Below, in pieces: positions 1 to 9,566 of a stretch of DNA of 64,000 bases. The first letter of the stretch is position 1. Every line of letters starts with the position of its first letter. The notes under the pieces were generated by a model. The model was not told the DNA's origin and searched no databases. It saw only the letters and a list, made by a program, of their open reading frames with translations. The stretch comes from Escherichia phage vB_EcoM_G4507: the sequence record NC_054919.1; one strand, 5' to 3'. Position numbers and translations under genes: made by a program.

Positions 1-28
1 TAAAGGTATCTAATCTTTGACGATTTAA

Positions 29-44
29 GGGACCTTCGGGTCCC
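29..44 (+). terminator. GC-clamped tetraloop hairpin (gggacc-ttcg-ggtccc) followed by T-run; terminator downstream of upstream head gene
   Basis: Perfect inverted repeat with UUCG-type loop and T-rich tail, read directly. Confidence 0.6.
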
Positions 45-61
45 TTTAGTTGTTTTTATGG

Positions 62-69
62 TATAAATA
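62..69 (+). promoter_or_regulatory. T4-type late promoter TATAAATA for gene 24
   Basis: Exact TATAAATA about 28 nt upstream of the gene 24 ATG. Confidence 0.6.
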
Positions 70-96
70 AATCATATAAACTGAAAGGAAAGCGCA

Positions 97-1380
97 ATGG
101 CTAAAATCAACGAACTTCTGCGCGAATCAACCACAACGAATAGCAACTCAATCGGTCGCCCAAATCTCGTTGCTTTGACTCGCGCTACCACTAAATTAAT
201 ATATTCTGACATTGTAGCAACGCAAAGAACTAATCAACCTGTTGCTGCTTTTTATGGTATCAAATACCTTAACCCGGATAACGAATTTACATTTAAAACT
301 GGTGCTACTTACGCCGGCGAAGCTGGATATGTAGACCGAGAACAAATCACAGAATTAACAGAAGAGTCTAAATTAACTCTCAATAAGGGCGATTTATTCA
401 AATATAATAATATCGTTTATAAAGTATTAGAAGATACACCATTTGCTGATATTGAAGAAAGCGATTTAGAATTAGCTCTTCAGATTGCAATTGTTCTTTT
501 AAAGGTTCGTCTATTTTCTGACGCAGCGTCAACAAGCAAATTTGAAAGCTCTGATAGTGAAATTGCGGATGCTAGATTCCAGATTAATAAATGGCAAACC
601 GCAGTTAAATCTCGTAAACTTAAAACTGGTATCACAGTTGAATTAGCACAAGATTTAGAAGCAAATGGATTCGATGCTCCTAATTTCTTGGAAGATTTGC
701 TTGCAACCGAAATGGCAGATGAAATCAATAAAGATATTCTGCAGTCTTTGATTACAGTGTCAAAACGCTATAAAGTTACAGGAATTACTGATACTGGATT
801 CATCGATTTGAGTTATGCATCTGCACCTGAAGCTGGTCGTTCATTATACCGAATGGTATGTGAAATGGTTTCACATATCCAGAAAGAATCAACTTATACA
901 GCAACGTTCTGTGTTGCTTCAGCTCGTGCCGCTGCGATTCTTGCTGCATCAGGTTGGTTAAAACATAAACCAGAAGATGACAAATATCTTTCACAAAATG
1001 CCTACGGGTTCTTAGCTAATGGTTTACCGCTTTATTGCGATACCAACAGCCCATTAGATTATGTAATCGTTGGCGTAGTAGAAAATATCGGTGAAAAAGA
1101 AATTGTTGGATCAATTTTCTATGCTCCGTATACAGAAGGTCTTGACTTAGATGACCCTGAACATGTAGGTGCATTTAAAGTTGTAGTTGATCCAGAAAGT
1201 TTGCAGCCATCTATCGGTTTATTAGTTAGATATGCTTTATCTGCAAATCCTTACACTGTAGCAAAAGATGAAAAAGAAGCAAGAGTAATTGATGGTGGAG
1301 ACATGGATAAAATGGCGGGTCGTTCAGATTTGTCTGTTTTATTAGGTGTTAAGCTACCAAAAATTATCATTGATGAATAA
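97..1380 (+). CDS. 24: Head vertex protein gp24
   Basis: 427 aa, same length as T4 gp24; N-terminus MAKINELLRES... recognised as major-capsid-fold vertex protein. Confidence 0.9.
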   Translation: MAKINELLRESTTTNSNSIGRPNLVALTRATTKLIYSDIVATQRTNQPVAAFYGIKYLNPDNEFTFKTGATYAGEAGYVDREQITELTEESKLTLNKGDLFKYNNIVYKVLEDTPFADIEESDLELALQIAIVLLKVRLFSDAASTSKFESSDSEIADARFQINKWQTAVKSRKLKTGITVELAQDLEANGFDAPNFLEDLLATEMADEINKDILQSLITVSKRYKVTGITDTGFIDLSYASAPEAGRSLYRMVCEMVSHIQKESTYTATFCVASARAAAILAASGWLKHKPEDDKYLSQNAYGFLANGLPLYCDTNSPLDYVIVGVVENIGEKEIVGSIFYAPYTEGLDLDDPEHVGAFKVVVDPESLQPSIGLLVRYALSANPYTVAKDEKEARVIDGGDMDKMAGRSDLSVLLGVKLPKIIIDE

Positions 1381-1386
1381 AACAAA

Positions 1387-1402
1387 GGGACCTTTCGGTC
1401 CC
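1387..1402. terminator. Bidirectional hairpin terminator (gggacc-tttc-ggtccc) between gene 24 and rnlB
   Basis: Perfect inverted repeat flanked by A-run and T-run. Confidence 0.6.
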
Positions 1403-1409
1403 TTTTTAT

Positions 1410-2414
1410 TTAACTTACCAATTCAATCCAAGCCGGACGAAGTACATCTTGTACCATTTTAACTAATTCCTTCTTAATCAAAGAAGGATTATCCGCTTGA
1501 GTTAGAGTAATACCTTCACGAGAAGTTTCTTCCAAAATATCTTGAACCGTTAGTCCCATCACCTTTCCAAAATCTTTTGGACCAATTTCACCAATTTTAG
1601 AAATAACGTTATTTACTCGGTTCAGTGTAACATAACAAGCTAAAATTCCCAGCAATTTATTATCAGCTTCTGACAACTCAACTTTAGCTTTAATAGGCTT
1701 ATCAGACTTTTTCTTTTCACTAAATTTAGAGTTCTTGCATTTGATGGCTACACGATTGCGATTAGGCAGCCAAGAAGGATAACAAGGTTTCAATACATAT
1801 CCTTCAGCGGTAAATACTTCGCCTTTTGCTTCAGCATTCCAAACGCATTTATTTGCATCAACTAATCCAGCATGGTCTACCGTAAAATTATAATCCTGTA
1901 CGACAGAATCTAAATCATTTGGCAATTTAATAAGTTCTTCAAATTTACCACGACCTAAAAGTGGAGCCATTTTAAATTTAAATGTATTACAGAATGATTC
2001 CATCATATAATCATCGACATAAATTACATCACCACTTTCTGTAGTAACAATAATGTCAAATACATAAAAATCTTTATCACCATAATCGACATTCTTCTGA
2101 ATGCCAGGTCCGGCGAATTCACCAAAGACTTGATAAGATACAACCGCTGAAGTTTCCATAATATCTTGTACTGCTTTAATGGAATCAGCGTAATTCTTCA
2201 AAATAATTTCATACCCAAAGAAATCTTCAGCAGGAAGAATAGGACCAGTTCGTTTAGCACAAGTTACTTTATCACGCTCAATAATCAATGAGAAATTTGT
2301 GCCGTGAATCTTTTCACGAGCTACCCATTCGCCGCCAGTCAATCCTAAACTGTAAAGTTTTTCAATAAATTTAGAGTTGTAATGATTTTCAAGACTGCTA
2401 TACTTTTTAAACAT
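1410..2414 (-). CDS. rnlB: RNA ligase 2 (Rnl2)
   Basis: 334 aa; [16 protein letters not shown]...KIHGTNFS contains the nucleotidyltransferase lysine motif; matches T4 Rnl2 length and N-terminus. Confidence 0.9.
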   Translation of the reverse strand: MFKKYSSLENHYNSKFIEKLYSLGLTGGEWVAREKIHGTNFSLIIERDKVTCAKRTGPILPAEDFFGYEIILKNYADSIKAVQDIMETSAVVSYQVFGEFAGPGIQKNVDYGDKDFYVFDIIVTTESGDVIYVDDYMMESFCNTFKFKMAPLLGRGKFEELIKLPNDLDSVVQDYNFTVDHAGLVDANKCVWNAEAKGEVFTAEGYVLKPCYPSWLPNRNRVAIKCKNSKFSEKKKSDKPIKAKVELSEADNKLLGILACYVTLNRVNNVISKIGEIGPKDFGKVMGLTVQDILEETSREGITLTQADNPSLIKKELVKMVQDVLRPAWIELVS

Positions 2415-2423
2415 AATTAATCC

Positions 2424-2702
2424 TCAAAATGTAATTTCTAACCAATCACCATCACGCTGATCACTATTGACTTTAAAGCTAAATCCTTCTTTTCTCAGCC
2501 AATCACCAATTTCTTCAGTAATCAATTTATCGCGAGCAGTACAATAATAACTAAAATATGTTTTACCTTGTTCAGCTGCTTTATTAGCAAGTTCCGAAAA
2601 ATCTTTAATAAAACACTCTAGCTTAAACTGTTTACTTTTAAGTGCTTTTTCACGTAATTGATTAGCAAAAGATTCATTTTCATAAAGATCATACTGTTCC
2701 AT
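2424..2702 (-). CDS. Hypothetical protein (T4 24.2 position)
   Basis: 92-aa ORF, translationally coupled to neighbours, syntenic with T4 24.2. Confidence 0.6.
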   Translation of the reverse strand: MEQYDLYENESFANQLREKALKSKQFKLECFIKDFSELANKAAEQGKTYFSYYCTARDKLITEEIGDWLRKEGFSFKVNSDQRDGDWLEITF

Positions 2703-2904
2703 TTTTCACCTTTTTATTAATATGCCTTTTTCTATAGACAACTTTTTCTCGAGTTTCAAATTTATTCTTAGCAGTCATAGCTCGAGCCCATAATACAGCC
2801 ACTTCTTTCGCCTGTAAGTTTAATTCACGAGCAATTTCAATGAATGACTTTCCAGACTCATGAAGAGTAAACACCACAACCTCAGTTCTCATAATCAATC
2901 TCAT
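2689..2904 (-). CDS. Hypothetical small protein with possible helix-turn-helix (T4 24.3 position)
   Basis: 71-aa ORF; segment SFIEIARELNLQAKEVAVLWARA resembles an HTH. Confidence 0.5.
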   Translation of the reverse strand: MRLIMRTEVVVFTLHESGKSFIEIARELNLQAKEVAVLWARAMTAKNKFETREKVVYRKRHINKKVKNGTV

Positions 2905-2973
2905 GTTATCGAGTTGATGCCATTATATACATCATTTTCTGAGTATGTTTTGTGTGCTTTCAAAATGAAGAAA

Positions 2974-2987
2974 GGGGCCGAAGCCCC
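2974..2987 (-). terminator. Hairpin terminator (ggggcc-ga-agcccc) region downstream/upstream of hoc
   Basis: GC-rich inverted repeat in the intergenic region. Confidence 0.45.
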
Positions 2988-2993
2988 TTATGA

Positions 2994-4412
2994 TTATGGA
3001 TAGGTATAGATGATACCAGTTTCTAAAGCAGTTTTATGAATGATGTATCCATTGCGTGATTCTTGAACATCAACTTCTGGATAGTCTTTCATCATCTTCT
3101 GAAGAGTGTAACGATGCAGGTAGTATTTACTATCTGGATCTTCAGTTTTCCAATCTTTACCTTCTTCGGTCATTTTTTGGATTTCATCCATAACCCACCA
3201 ACCGCACCAGATATAAGCTGAAGTGCGATGTGGAAGAGGATGAACATAAGGCAATTCACCTTCTGGTTCCGGAGCAACTTTATCAGTTACCTGAACTTGG
3301 CCTGTTGCTTTAACTGTTTTACTATCATAGTCGGTTGCTGTAACGGTTGCAGTAACTTCAATAGTTTGACTTCCAATAGATGATGTATCAACCGTGTATA
3401 CATTAGTTGATTCTTCTACAGGAGAAGAATCTTTCTTCCATGAATATTCGATTTGTGCTTCTTCTGGAGCATCCGTAACATTAGCAGTAAATGTAGCCGA
3501 AGCATCTTGCTGAACGTTAATAGAAGGAGGAGTCAATGTAACCTGTGGATTCATTGTCTTCTTATTAACTGTTAATGATACTTCATTAGAAGTAACTTCC
3601 TTTTCATTGTAATTTTCAGCCGTTACTTGGGCTACGCATTTAATTCTTTTTACTCCACTTGTAGTTGGAGTATAGTTAAATGTAGAGTTAGTTTCTCCAC
3701 CAATTTGAGAATCATCTACATACCATTTATATGTAGCAGACGCTCCATCAGGTTGAGAAACCAAGGCAGCAGTAAATTGAACTGGGGTTCCAATTACTCC
3801 AGCTGGAGGACTATCAGGAGTTACTGCCAAGGTAGTTGTCTGCGTCTTTTTATTAACAGTCAGTGACACTTCATTGGAAGTAACTTCCTTTGTATCATAA
3901 TCTGTCGCGGTTACTTGAGCTACGCACTTAATTGTTTTAACTCCGCTTGCGTCAGGAGTGTAATTGAATGTAGTGCTAGTTGCTTCGCCCACAGGAGAAC
4001 CGTCAACGTACCATTGATACGTAGCGTTTGCACCTGATGGCTGTGAAGCTAAGGCAGCGGTAAATTCAATTGGAGTTCCAATCACTCCAGCATCAGGGCT
4101 ACCAGGAGTTACTGCCAAAGTAGTTGTTTGTGTCTTATTTTGAACTGTGATAGTTGTACTAATTTCAGCTGTTTCAGGTTCAGATTCTGCAACTTGATTG
4201 GTTGCAACTACTTTAATAGTCTTTTGACCGGCAGGTCCTTTTAGTACATAACTAAAAGTTGCTGACGTTTCTTCCTGTGGAGCGTCGTCTACAGTCCAAG
4301 CATATGTAATAGGTCCATCTCCAGTTTGACCACTGGGTGTAGCAGTAAACTGCTGAGTCTGATCTATAACTCCAGTAGGTGTTTTAGGAGTTATATCAAC
4401 TGTAAAAGCCAT
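2994..4412 (-). CDS. hoc: Highly immunogenic outer capsid protein Hoc, with four Ig-like domains
   Basis: 472 aa; N-terminus MAFTVDITPKTPTGVIDQTQQFTATPSGQTG and C-terminal capsid-binding tail ...IWCGWWVMDEIQKMTEEGKDW match T4 Hoc; about 96 aa longer than T4 Hoc (376 aa). Confidence 0.85.
   Translation of the reverse strand: MAFTVDITPKTPTGVIDQTQQFTATPSGQTGDGPITYAWTVDDAPQEETSATFSYVLKGPAGQKTIKVVATNQVAESEPETAEISTTITVQNKTQTTTLAVTPGSPDAGVIGTPIEFTAALASQPSGANATYQWYVDGSPVGEATSTTFNYTPDASGVKTIKCVAQVTATDYDTKEVTSNEVSLTVNKKTQTTTLAVTPDSPPAGVIGTPVQFTAALVSQPDGASATYKWYVDDSQIGGETNSTFNYTPTTSGVKRIKCVAQVTAENYNEKEVTSNEVSLTVNKKTMNPQVTLTPPSINVQQDASATFTANVTDAPEEAQIEYSWKKDSSPVEESTNVYTVDTSSIGSQTIEVTATVTATDYDSKTVKATGQVQVTDKVAPEPEGELPYVHPLPHRTSAYIWCGWWVMDEIQKMTEEGKDWKTEDPDSKYYLHRYTLQKMMKDYPEVDVQESRNGYIIHKTALETGIIYTYP
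3561..4136 (-). repeat. Tandem duplication of a 288-nt Ig-like domain unit inside hoc (two diverged copies)
   Basis: Residues 93-188 and 189-284 are near-identical at protein level (KTQTTTLAVTP...EVSLTVNK twice); DNA copies diverged by synonymous changes. Confidence 0.7.
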
Positions 4413-4421
4413 AAGTTATCC

Positions 4422-5102
4422 TTATTTTAATGTTACGAAAGAAGAATTACGTGTTTCACGAATTAGAACTGATCCGTCACGATTAATGTAGTAAATTAAG
4501 CTAAATAAAGTTTGGTGTGCCGACGCATGTTCAAAACTAGTTGGGTGAGATTTCCAATCTGGGGTTTCAGCAATCCATTGATAAATCCACCAAGGAACAG
4601 TGCAGAATCCTGGATTTTTTCCAATCAGCTGAAGATTCGGACTAAAGTTTTCCGGAAGAGTAAATACAGACGGCTTTTCAGATTCAATAATCTCAGCTAC
4701 AGCCTGTTCGAATTTTTCTTCAACAAAAGGAGTATCTTCAATTAAAACAGTGGTATTTTCAGGAATTTTATCCGTTTCTACTACTTCAATTTTAATGTCA
4801 GATTTAACCGGAGAATCAATCAGAAGTGCTGCCTCTGGATTGACTTCTTCATCGTCATATTTTAATCCGTCTGCGGCATCAGCAGCATCAATTAAGTCTT
4901 TAATAGATAACCCATCAGTCTCTGGCATAGGTTCACTAGCGAGCTTCTGGAGAGCTTCTTCAATATCATTAACGATATTATCAAAAGATTTATTCTTTTT
5001 GACCTTTATACCAAACTGTTCAGCATATTCAGCTAATTTAGCTTTAGCTTCTTTATTATCATCAAGAGCCTTCAGCTCTGCAATATAATCTTTATCTATC
5101 AT
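4422..5102 (-). CDS. inh: Inhibitor of prohead protease gp21 (Inh)
   Basis: 226 aa, same length and position as T4 inh. Confidence 0.7.
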   Translation of the reverse strand: MIDKDYIAELKALDDNKEAKAKLAEYAEQFGIKVKKNKSFDNIVNDIEEALQKLASEPMPETDGLSIKDLIDAADAADGLKYDDEEVNPEAALLIDSPVKSDIKIEVVETDKIPENTTVLIEDTPFVEEKFEQAVAEIIESEKPSVFTLPENFSPNLQLIGKNPGFCTVPWWIYQWIAETPDWKSHPTSFEHASAHQTLFSLIYYINRDGSVLIRETRNSSFVTLK

Positions 5103-5115
5103 AATATTTCCTCAG

Positions 5116-5123
5116 TATAAATA
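5116..5123 (+). promoter_or_regulatory. Late-promoter-like TATAAATA upstream of segD
   Basis: Exact TATAAATA about 30 nt upstream of the segD ATG. Confidence 0.4.
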
Positions 5124-5151
5124 TAGATATATTTATTACTCGGAAAATAGT

Positions 5152-5769
5152 ATGTACCACTTTGTATATGAAACAACAAATCTAATAAATGGTAAAAAGT
5201 ATATAGGAAAACACTCTACTGATGACTTGAATGATGGTTACCTTGGTTCCGGTAAGGCAATTCAGCAGGCTATAAAGAAATATGGTGAAAACAATTTCTC
5301 TAGAACAATACTAAAAGAGTTTAAAACTTCCGAAGAAGCGTACATGTATGAAGAAGAAATTATAACTCCTGAAATAATAAAAAGCAAAAATTATTATAAT
5401 ATGAAACCTGGTGGAATTGGTGGAATTGTTATGACTACAGAGGTTATAGCAAAGATGAAAGAATCTTCCGCTAAGAGATTTGAAAACTCACCGGGCACGG
5501 TATTAGGTACAACTTGTTACACTAATGGAACTAAAAATATTTTTATTAAACCTGGAGAACTTGTTCCAGAAGGATTTGTAAAAGGAATGGTTCATCCTAA
5601 TAGAAAGTCCAGAAAAGGATGTAAAGTCAAACCGACTACCACAGGAACTTTTTGGGTCAATAACGGTGCAATAAATAAATTAATACAACCAGACGGTATT
5701 ATTCCCGACGGATTTATTAAAGGTCGTCTCATGAAAAGAGATTCTAAAGGCAAATTTAGTAAGGCATAA
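5152..5769 (+). CDS. segD: Free-standing GIY-YIG homing endonuclease SegD-like
   Basis: 205 aa; N-terminal HFVYETTNLINGKKYIGK is a GIY-YIG motif; sits between inh and uvsW as in T4. Confidence 0.75.
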   Translation: MYHFVYETTNLINGKKYIGKHSTDDLNDGYLGSGKAIQQAIKKYGENNFSRTILKEFKTSEEAYMYEEEIITPEIIKSKNYYNMKPGGIGGIVMTTEVIAKMKESSAKRFENSPGTVLGTTCYTNGTKNIFIKPGELVPEGFVKGMVHPNRKSRKGCKVKPTTTGTFWVNNGAINKLIQPDGIIPDGFIKGRLMKRDSKGKFSKA

Positions 5770-5771
5770 TT

Positions 5772-7280
5772 ATGGATATTAAAGTACATTTTCACGACTT
5801 CAGCCATGTACGCATCGATTGTGAAGAGAGCACGTTCCACGAATTAAGAGATTTCTTTTCGTTTGAGGCCGATGGATATAGATTTAATCCTCGCTTCAGA
5901 TATGGCAACTGGGATGGACGAATCCGTCTTTTAGATTATAATCGTCTTCTTCCATTTGGCTTAGTCGGGCAAATTAAAAAGTTCTGTGATAACTTTGGCT
6001 ATAAAGCCTGGATTGACCCACAAATTAACGAAAAAGAAGAATTATCAAGAAAAGATTTTGATGAATGGCTTTCTAAATTAGAAATCTATTCAGGAAATAA
6101 AAGAATTGAACCGCATTGGTATCAAAAAGATGCAGTGTTCGAAGGATTAGTTAATCGTCGTAGAATTCTTAATCTTCCAACATCCGCTGGTAAATCTTTA
6201 ATTCAAGCTTTGCTTGCGCGATATTATTTGGAAAATTATGAAGGCAAAATTCTTATCATTGTTCCAACAACTGCTCTGACAACTCAGATGGCTGATGACT
6301 TTGTTGACTATCGTTTATTCAGTCATGCAATGATAAAGAAAATCGGCGGTGGAGCATCAAAAGATGATAAATATAAAAATGATGCACCGGTCGTTGTTGG
6401 TACATGGCAAACTGTAGTTAAACAACCAAAAGAATGGTTCTCACAGTTTGGAATGATGATGAATGATGAATGCCATCTTGCTACAGGAAAAAGTATTTCA
6501 TCTATCATATCAGGTTTAAATAACTGTATGTTCAAATTTGGTCTATCTGGTTCATTACGTGATGGCAAAGCCAATATCATGCAGTATGTTGGAATGTTTG
6601 GTGAAATATTTAAGCCAGTAACGACTTCTAAGTTAATGGAAGATGGACAAGTAACTGAGCTAAAAATTAATAGTATTTTTCTTCGCTATCCCGATGAGTT
6701 CACTACTAAATTAAAGGGAAAAACTTATCAAGAAGAAATAAAAATTATTACGGGGCTTAGTAAAAGAAATAAATGGATCGCTAAATTGGCTATTAAGCTT
6801 GCACAAAAAGATGAAAACGCTTTTGTCATGTTTAAACATGTATCACATGGTAAAGCTATTTTCGATTTAATTAAAAATGAATACGATAAAGTTTATTACG
6901 TATCAGGGGAAGTTGATACCGAAACCCGCAATATAATGAAAACCTTAGCTGAAAATGGTAAAGGAATAATTATAGTAGCTAGTTATGGTGTATTTTCTAC
7001 TGGTATTTCAGTTAAAAATCTGCATCACGTTGTTTTAGCGCACGGTGTTAAATCAAAAATCATTGTATTACAAACAATCGGTCGTGTATTACGTAAGCAT
7101 GGTTCTAAAACAATCGCAACAGTCTGGGACCTCATAGATGACTGTGGTGTCAAGCCAAAATCTGCTAATACTAAAAAGAAATATGTTCACTTGAACTATC
7201 TTTTAAAACACGGCATTGATCGTATTCAGCGCTACGCAGATGAAAAATTTAATTACGTAATGAAAACAGTTAATTTATAA
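5772..7280 (+). CDS. uvsW: UvsW DNA/RNA helicase (SF2, recombination and origin unwinding)
   Basis: 502 aa, same length as T4 UvsW; Walker A-like LNLPTSAGKS and DECH box (MMMNDECHLATGK). Confidence 0.9.
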   Translation: MDIKVHFHDFSHVRIDCEESTFHELRDFFSFEADGYRFNPRFRYGNWDGRIRLLDYNRLLPFGLVGQIKKFCDNFGYKAWIDPQINEKEELSRKDFDEWLSKLEIYSGNKRIEPHWYQKDAVFEGLVNRRRILNLPTSAGKSLIQALLARYYLENYEGKILIIVPTTALTTQMADDFVDYRLFSHAMIKKIGGGASKDDKYKNDAPVVVGTWQTVVKQPKEWFSQFGMMMNDECHLATGKSISSIISGLNNCMFKFGLSGSLRDGKANIMQYVGMFGEIFKPVTTSKLMEDGQVTELKINSIFLRYPDEFTTKLKGKTYQEEIKIITGLSKRNKWIAKLAIKLAQKDENAFVMFKHVSHGKAIFDLIKNEYDKVYYVSGEVDTETRNIMKTLAENGKGIIIVASYGVFSTGISVKNLHHVVLAHGVKSKIIVLQTIGRVLRKHGSKTIATVWDLIDDCGVKPKSANTKKKYVHLNYLLKHGIDRIQRYADEKFNYVMKTVNL

Positions 7281-7292
7281 GGGCTTCGGCCC
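7281..7292. terminator. Short hairpin gggc-ttcg-gccc after uvsW
   Basis: Inverted repeat with UUCG loop. Confidence 0.4.
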
Positions 7293-7305
7293 TTTGGAGA
7301 AAAAG

Positions 7306-7536
7306 ATGTTACTAGAATTTAAACAATTTCTTTATGAAGCTTCTATTGATGAATTTATGGGTAAAATTGCCTCTTGTCAAACATTAGAAGGTTTAGAAGA
7401 ACTTGAAGCTTATTATAAGAAAAGAGTTAAAGAAACTGAATTAAAAGATACTGATGACATCTCAGTCAGAGATGCTTTGGCAGGAAAAAGAGCTGAATTA
7501 GAAGATTCAGACGATGAAGTAGAAGAAAGCTTTTAA
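7306..7536 (+). CDS. uvsW.1: UvsW.1 small acidic protein
   Basis: 76 aa from the internal ATG preceded by GGAGAAAAAG; matches remembered T4 UvsW.1 MLLEFKQFLYEASIDEFMGK. Confidence 0.8.
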   Translation: MLLEFKQFLYEASIDEFMGKIASCQTLEGLEELEAYYKKRVKETELKDTDDISVRDALAGKRAELEDSDDEVEESF

Positions 7537-7591
7537 ATTAAAAAAGGCCCAACCAAAAAGGAAGGGCCAAAACTATAGACTAAAGGTCACA

Positions 7592-7759
7592 CTATAGCAA
7601 AAGTTGCGTTTCATTTAATTGTTCTTCCGAACTTTCTGAAACTGGTAGTTCTTTAATGTAATTATAGCAAGGCCCAGGATGTACAGGACCTTTGTCTGTT
7701 TCAACAACCAATGCAGAATCGATTGGAGTTTTACAGACAACACAAATCTTATCTGACAT
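7592..7759 (-). CDS. Small Cys-containing protein (uvsY.-1 position); 55 aa, below the ORF-track cutoff
   Basis: Hand-translated MSDKICVVCKTPIDSALVVETDKGPVHPGPCYNY...; CxxC plus a later Cys suggests a zinc ribbon; syntenic slot. Confidence 0.4.
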   Translation of the reverse strand: MSDKICVVCKTPIDSALVVETDKGPVHPGPCYNYIKELPVSESSEEQLNETQLLL

Positions 7760-7787
7760 GATTGTCTCCTCTGAATTATATATCTAT

Positions 7788-8012
7788 TTATACAACTCTC
7801 ATATGCATATCAATGCCCATATCTTTAGAATAAAAATATTCATCAAGATATCCGGCAAATTTTCCTTTAATATAAAGAACATCTTCACCGCACGGGTGGT
7901 CGGCCAGGATACGAATATCCTGACGCTTAAGATTATGCTTTTTCATTAAGAATTGAATTTCCGTTTCAAATTCTTCTTCATAATTAAAAGCATCATCAAT
8001 GTTATATCTCAT
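7788..8012 (-). CDS. Hypothetical protein (uvsY.-2 position)
   Basis: 74-aa ORF, stop/start-coupled to uvsY. Confidence 0.6.
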   Translation of the reverse strand: MRYNIDDAFNYEEEFETEIQFLMKKHNLKRQDIRILADHPCGEDVLYIKGKFAGYLDEYFYSKDMGIDMHMRVV

Positions 8013-8425
8013 TATTTTCCAGCCTCAAATGCTCGCATGTCTTGAATATGCTTAATAGCAAATCCACGTGATTTAATAGCATCAAGAGCTCCGCTACAGA
8101 AATCTAATAAAATCCCCCAATACTGTAACGAGGTATCAACCTTTAAAACATCCTTATCAGCTGATAGAACTGTCTTCATTTCTGATTTCTCGTAACGATC
8201 CATACTAAATTCATCACCATCTCCTCGTCCCGAGTAGTAGTCTAATTTAGCTTTAAGAGCAACTTTTTTCTGTGCTTCAATTCTAAGCATTTCCTTTTTA
8301 ATACTTGAATGCTTATTAAGCCATTTACTATATAACATCACATTATTAGCTGCTTCATACTGTAATTTAGTCGAATCTATAAACACATCTTTCTTCAATT
8401 CTTCTTGAAGATCTTCTAATCTCAT
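8012..8425 (-). CDS. uvsY: UvsY recombination mediator
   Basis: 137 aa, same length as T4 UvsY; N-terminus MRLEDLQEELKKDVFIDSTKLQYEAANNVMLYSKWL. Confidence 0.9.
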   Translation of the reverse strand: MRLEDLQEELKKDVFIDSTKLQYEAANNVMLYSKWLNKHSSIKKEMLRIEAQKKVALKAKLDYYSGRGDGDEFSMDRYEKSEMKTVLSADKDVLKVDTSLQYWGILLDFCSGALDAIKSRGFAIKHIQDMRAFEAGK

Positions 8426-8491
8426 ATTGTTCTCTATTCAATTGTTATTGGATGGACTTAGATTCATTATACCACGTTTATACGTGAAGCA

Positions 8492-8890
8492 TTATACTCT
8501 ATTACTGGAAGCCAGTTGTAGTTTTATCTGCTCAATATCATCAGGGTTATCGATGACTGAAAAGCGTATTTCTACTATCAAAGTATAATCATCATAAACC
8601 GGTATTACATTAACTGCTAATTTATCAATACGTGGCTCATAGTTTCTTACTGCGCTTTCGATATTACGCTCAACCGTGTCAGCAGTAAGAGGAGTCATAT
8701 TCTCAAAAAGTTGGTCAGATAAATCGCATCCAAATTCAGGGTCAAACGGTCTTGAACCTTTTCTTGTTGTAATAATTCCTAAAAGACTATTTTTAATTGA
8801 CCTTAATCCAAGTGATCTTGAAACGTCTTTGTTCCAATCCATTTTCATCTCTGGGTCAATATCAGAATAAAGCTTATTAATATTTGCCAT
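8492..8890 (-). CDS. 25: Baseplate wedge protein gp25
   Basis: 132 aa, matches T4 gp25 size; GPW/gp25 family. Confidence 0.85.
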   Translation of the reverse strand: MANINKLYSDIDPEMKMDWNKDVSRSLGLRSIKNSLLGIITTRKGSRPFDPEFGCDLSDQLFENMTPLTADTVERNIESAVRNYEPRIDKLAVNVIPVYDDYTLIVEIRFSVIDNPDDIEQIKLQLASSNRV

Positions 8891-9516
8891 TACAATAGCT
8901 CAAAGAATTCTTTGAGTCCTCTTATTACATGAGCGTGAGTTTTTCCACACTCTGGACATTTAATTGGAACAGCCAAATAAACAGTAGGCTTTAAAAGCAT
9001 ATCTTTTATAGCTACAATATCTGACTCTGTGATGATAGAATATAAATCTTCTAGTTCCTTTTCATTTAAGTCTTCAACTGGAATGCTTTCCCCGTTAGCA
9101 TGAATCGTTTCTATACATGATACTATCATGTGGGCTATATTTTTATCATCAAAAATTTTAGGGTATCGGAATTTAATTTTAATGTCACCCAGTGTATACC
9201 AAAGGTCTTCTGGTGCATCTATTTGTGTATGTAATAGATTTATATGGGTTGGTATTTCAGTTCCGCAGGTGCACTTCCAGGAGTTTTCGTGATTAACTTC
9301 TCCAAGAGAATGCGCCCATAAATGAATCAACAATAGTTCTGATTCTTGGCGATTTAAATCTTTTGCATTTGTGCAGTCTTTGATTAGCTTTTTAACAATT
9401 ACTTCTACAGAACCATTATTTTTGGCAGTAATAAGTTCTAGATATTCTTTAAGAGTAAATGCGCGACAGTTGATTATTTTAGAACCAACTCTCACATCAA
9501 ATTTGTATTCATACAT
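8890..9516 (-). CDS. 26: Baseplate hub protein gp26
   Basis: 208 aa, T4 gp26 size and position. Confidence 0.8.
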   Translation of the reverse strand: MYEYKFDVRVGSKIINCRAFTLKEYLELITAKNNGSVEVIVKKLIKDCTNAKDLNRQESELLLIHLWAHSLGEVNHENSWKCTCGTEIPTHINLLHTQIDAPEDLWYTLGDIKIKFRYPKIFDDKNIAHMIVSCIETIHANGESIPVEDLNEKELEDLYSIITESDIVAIKDMLLKPTVYLAVPIKCPECGKTHAHVIRGLKEFFELL

Positions 9517-9537
9517 ATTTAGCTCCTTTATTTATCA

Positions 9538-9549
9538 TATTTATAAATA
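9538..9549. promoter_or_regulatory. Overlapping divergent late promoters (TATAAATA on both strands) for 26/25 and for 51
   Basis: Palindromic tatttataaata; minus-strand TATAAATA about 22 nt upstream of the gene 26 start, plus-strand TATAAATA about 18 nt upstream of gene 51. Confidence 0.55.
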
Positions 9550-9566
9550 GAATAAAAGGAGCATCT

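Noticed and set aside
480-994. Minus-strand ORFs of 82 and 64 aa inside gene 24
   Set aside because: Antisense to a well-supported structural gene, no Shine-Dalgarno or promoter context; typical spurious ORFs.
3627-5088. Plus-strand ORFs (79, 77 and 112 aa) inside hoc and inh
   Set aside because: Antisense to confidently identified genes; low-complexity Ser/Leu-rich translations typical of the reverse strand of AT-rich coding DNA.
7537-7591. Possible hairpin (ggccc ... gggcc) after uvsW.1
   Set aside because: Only a 5-bp stem with a 15-nt loop; too weak to call a terminator confidently.
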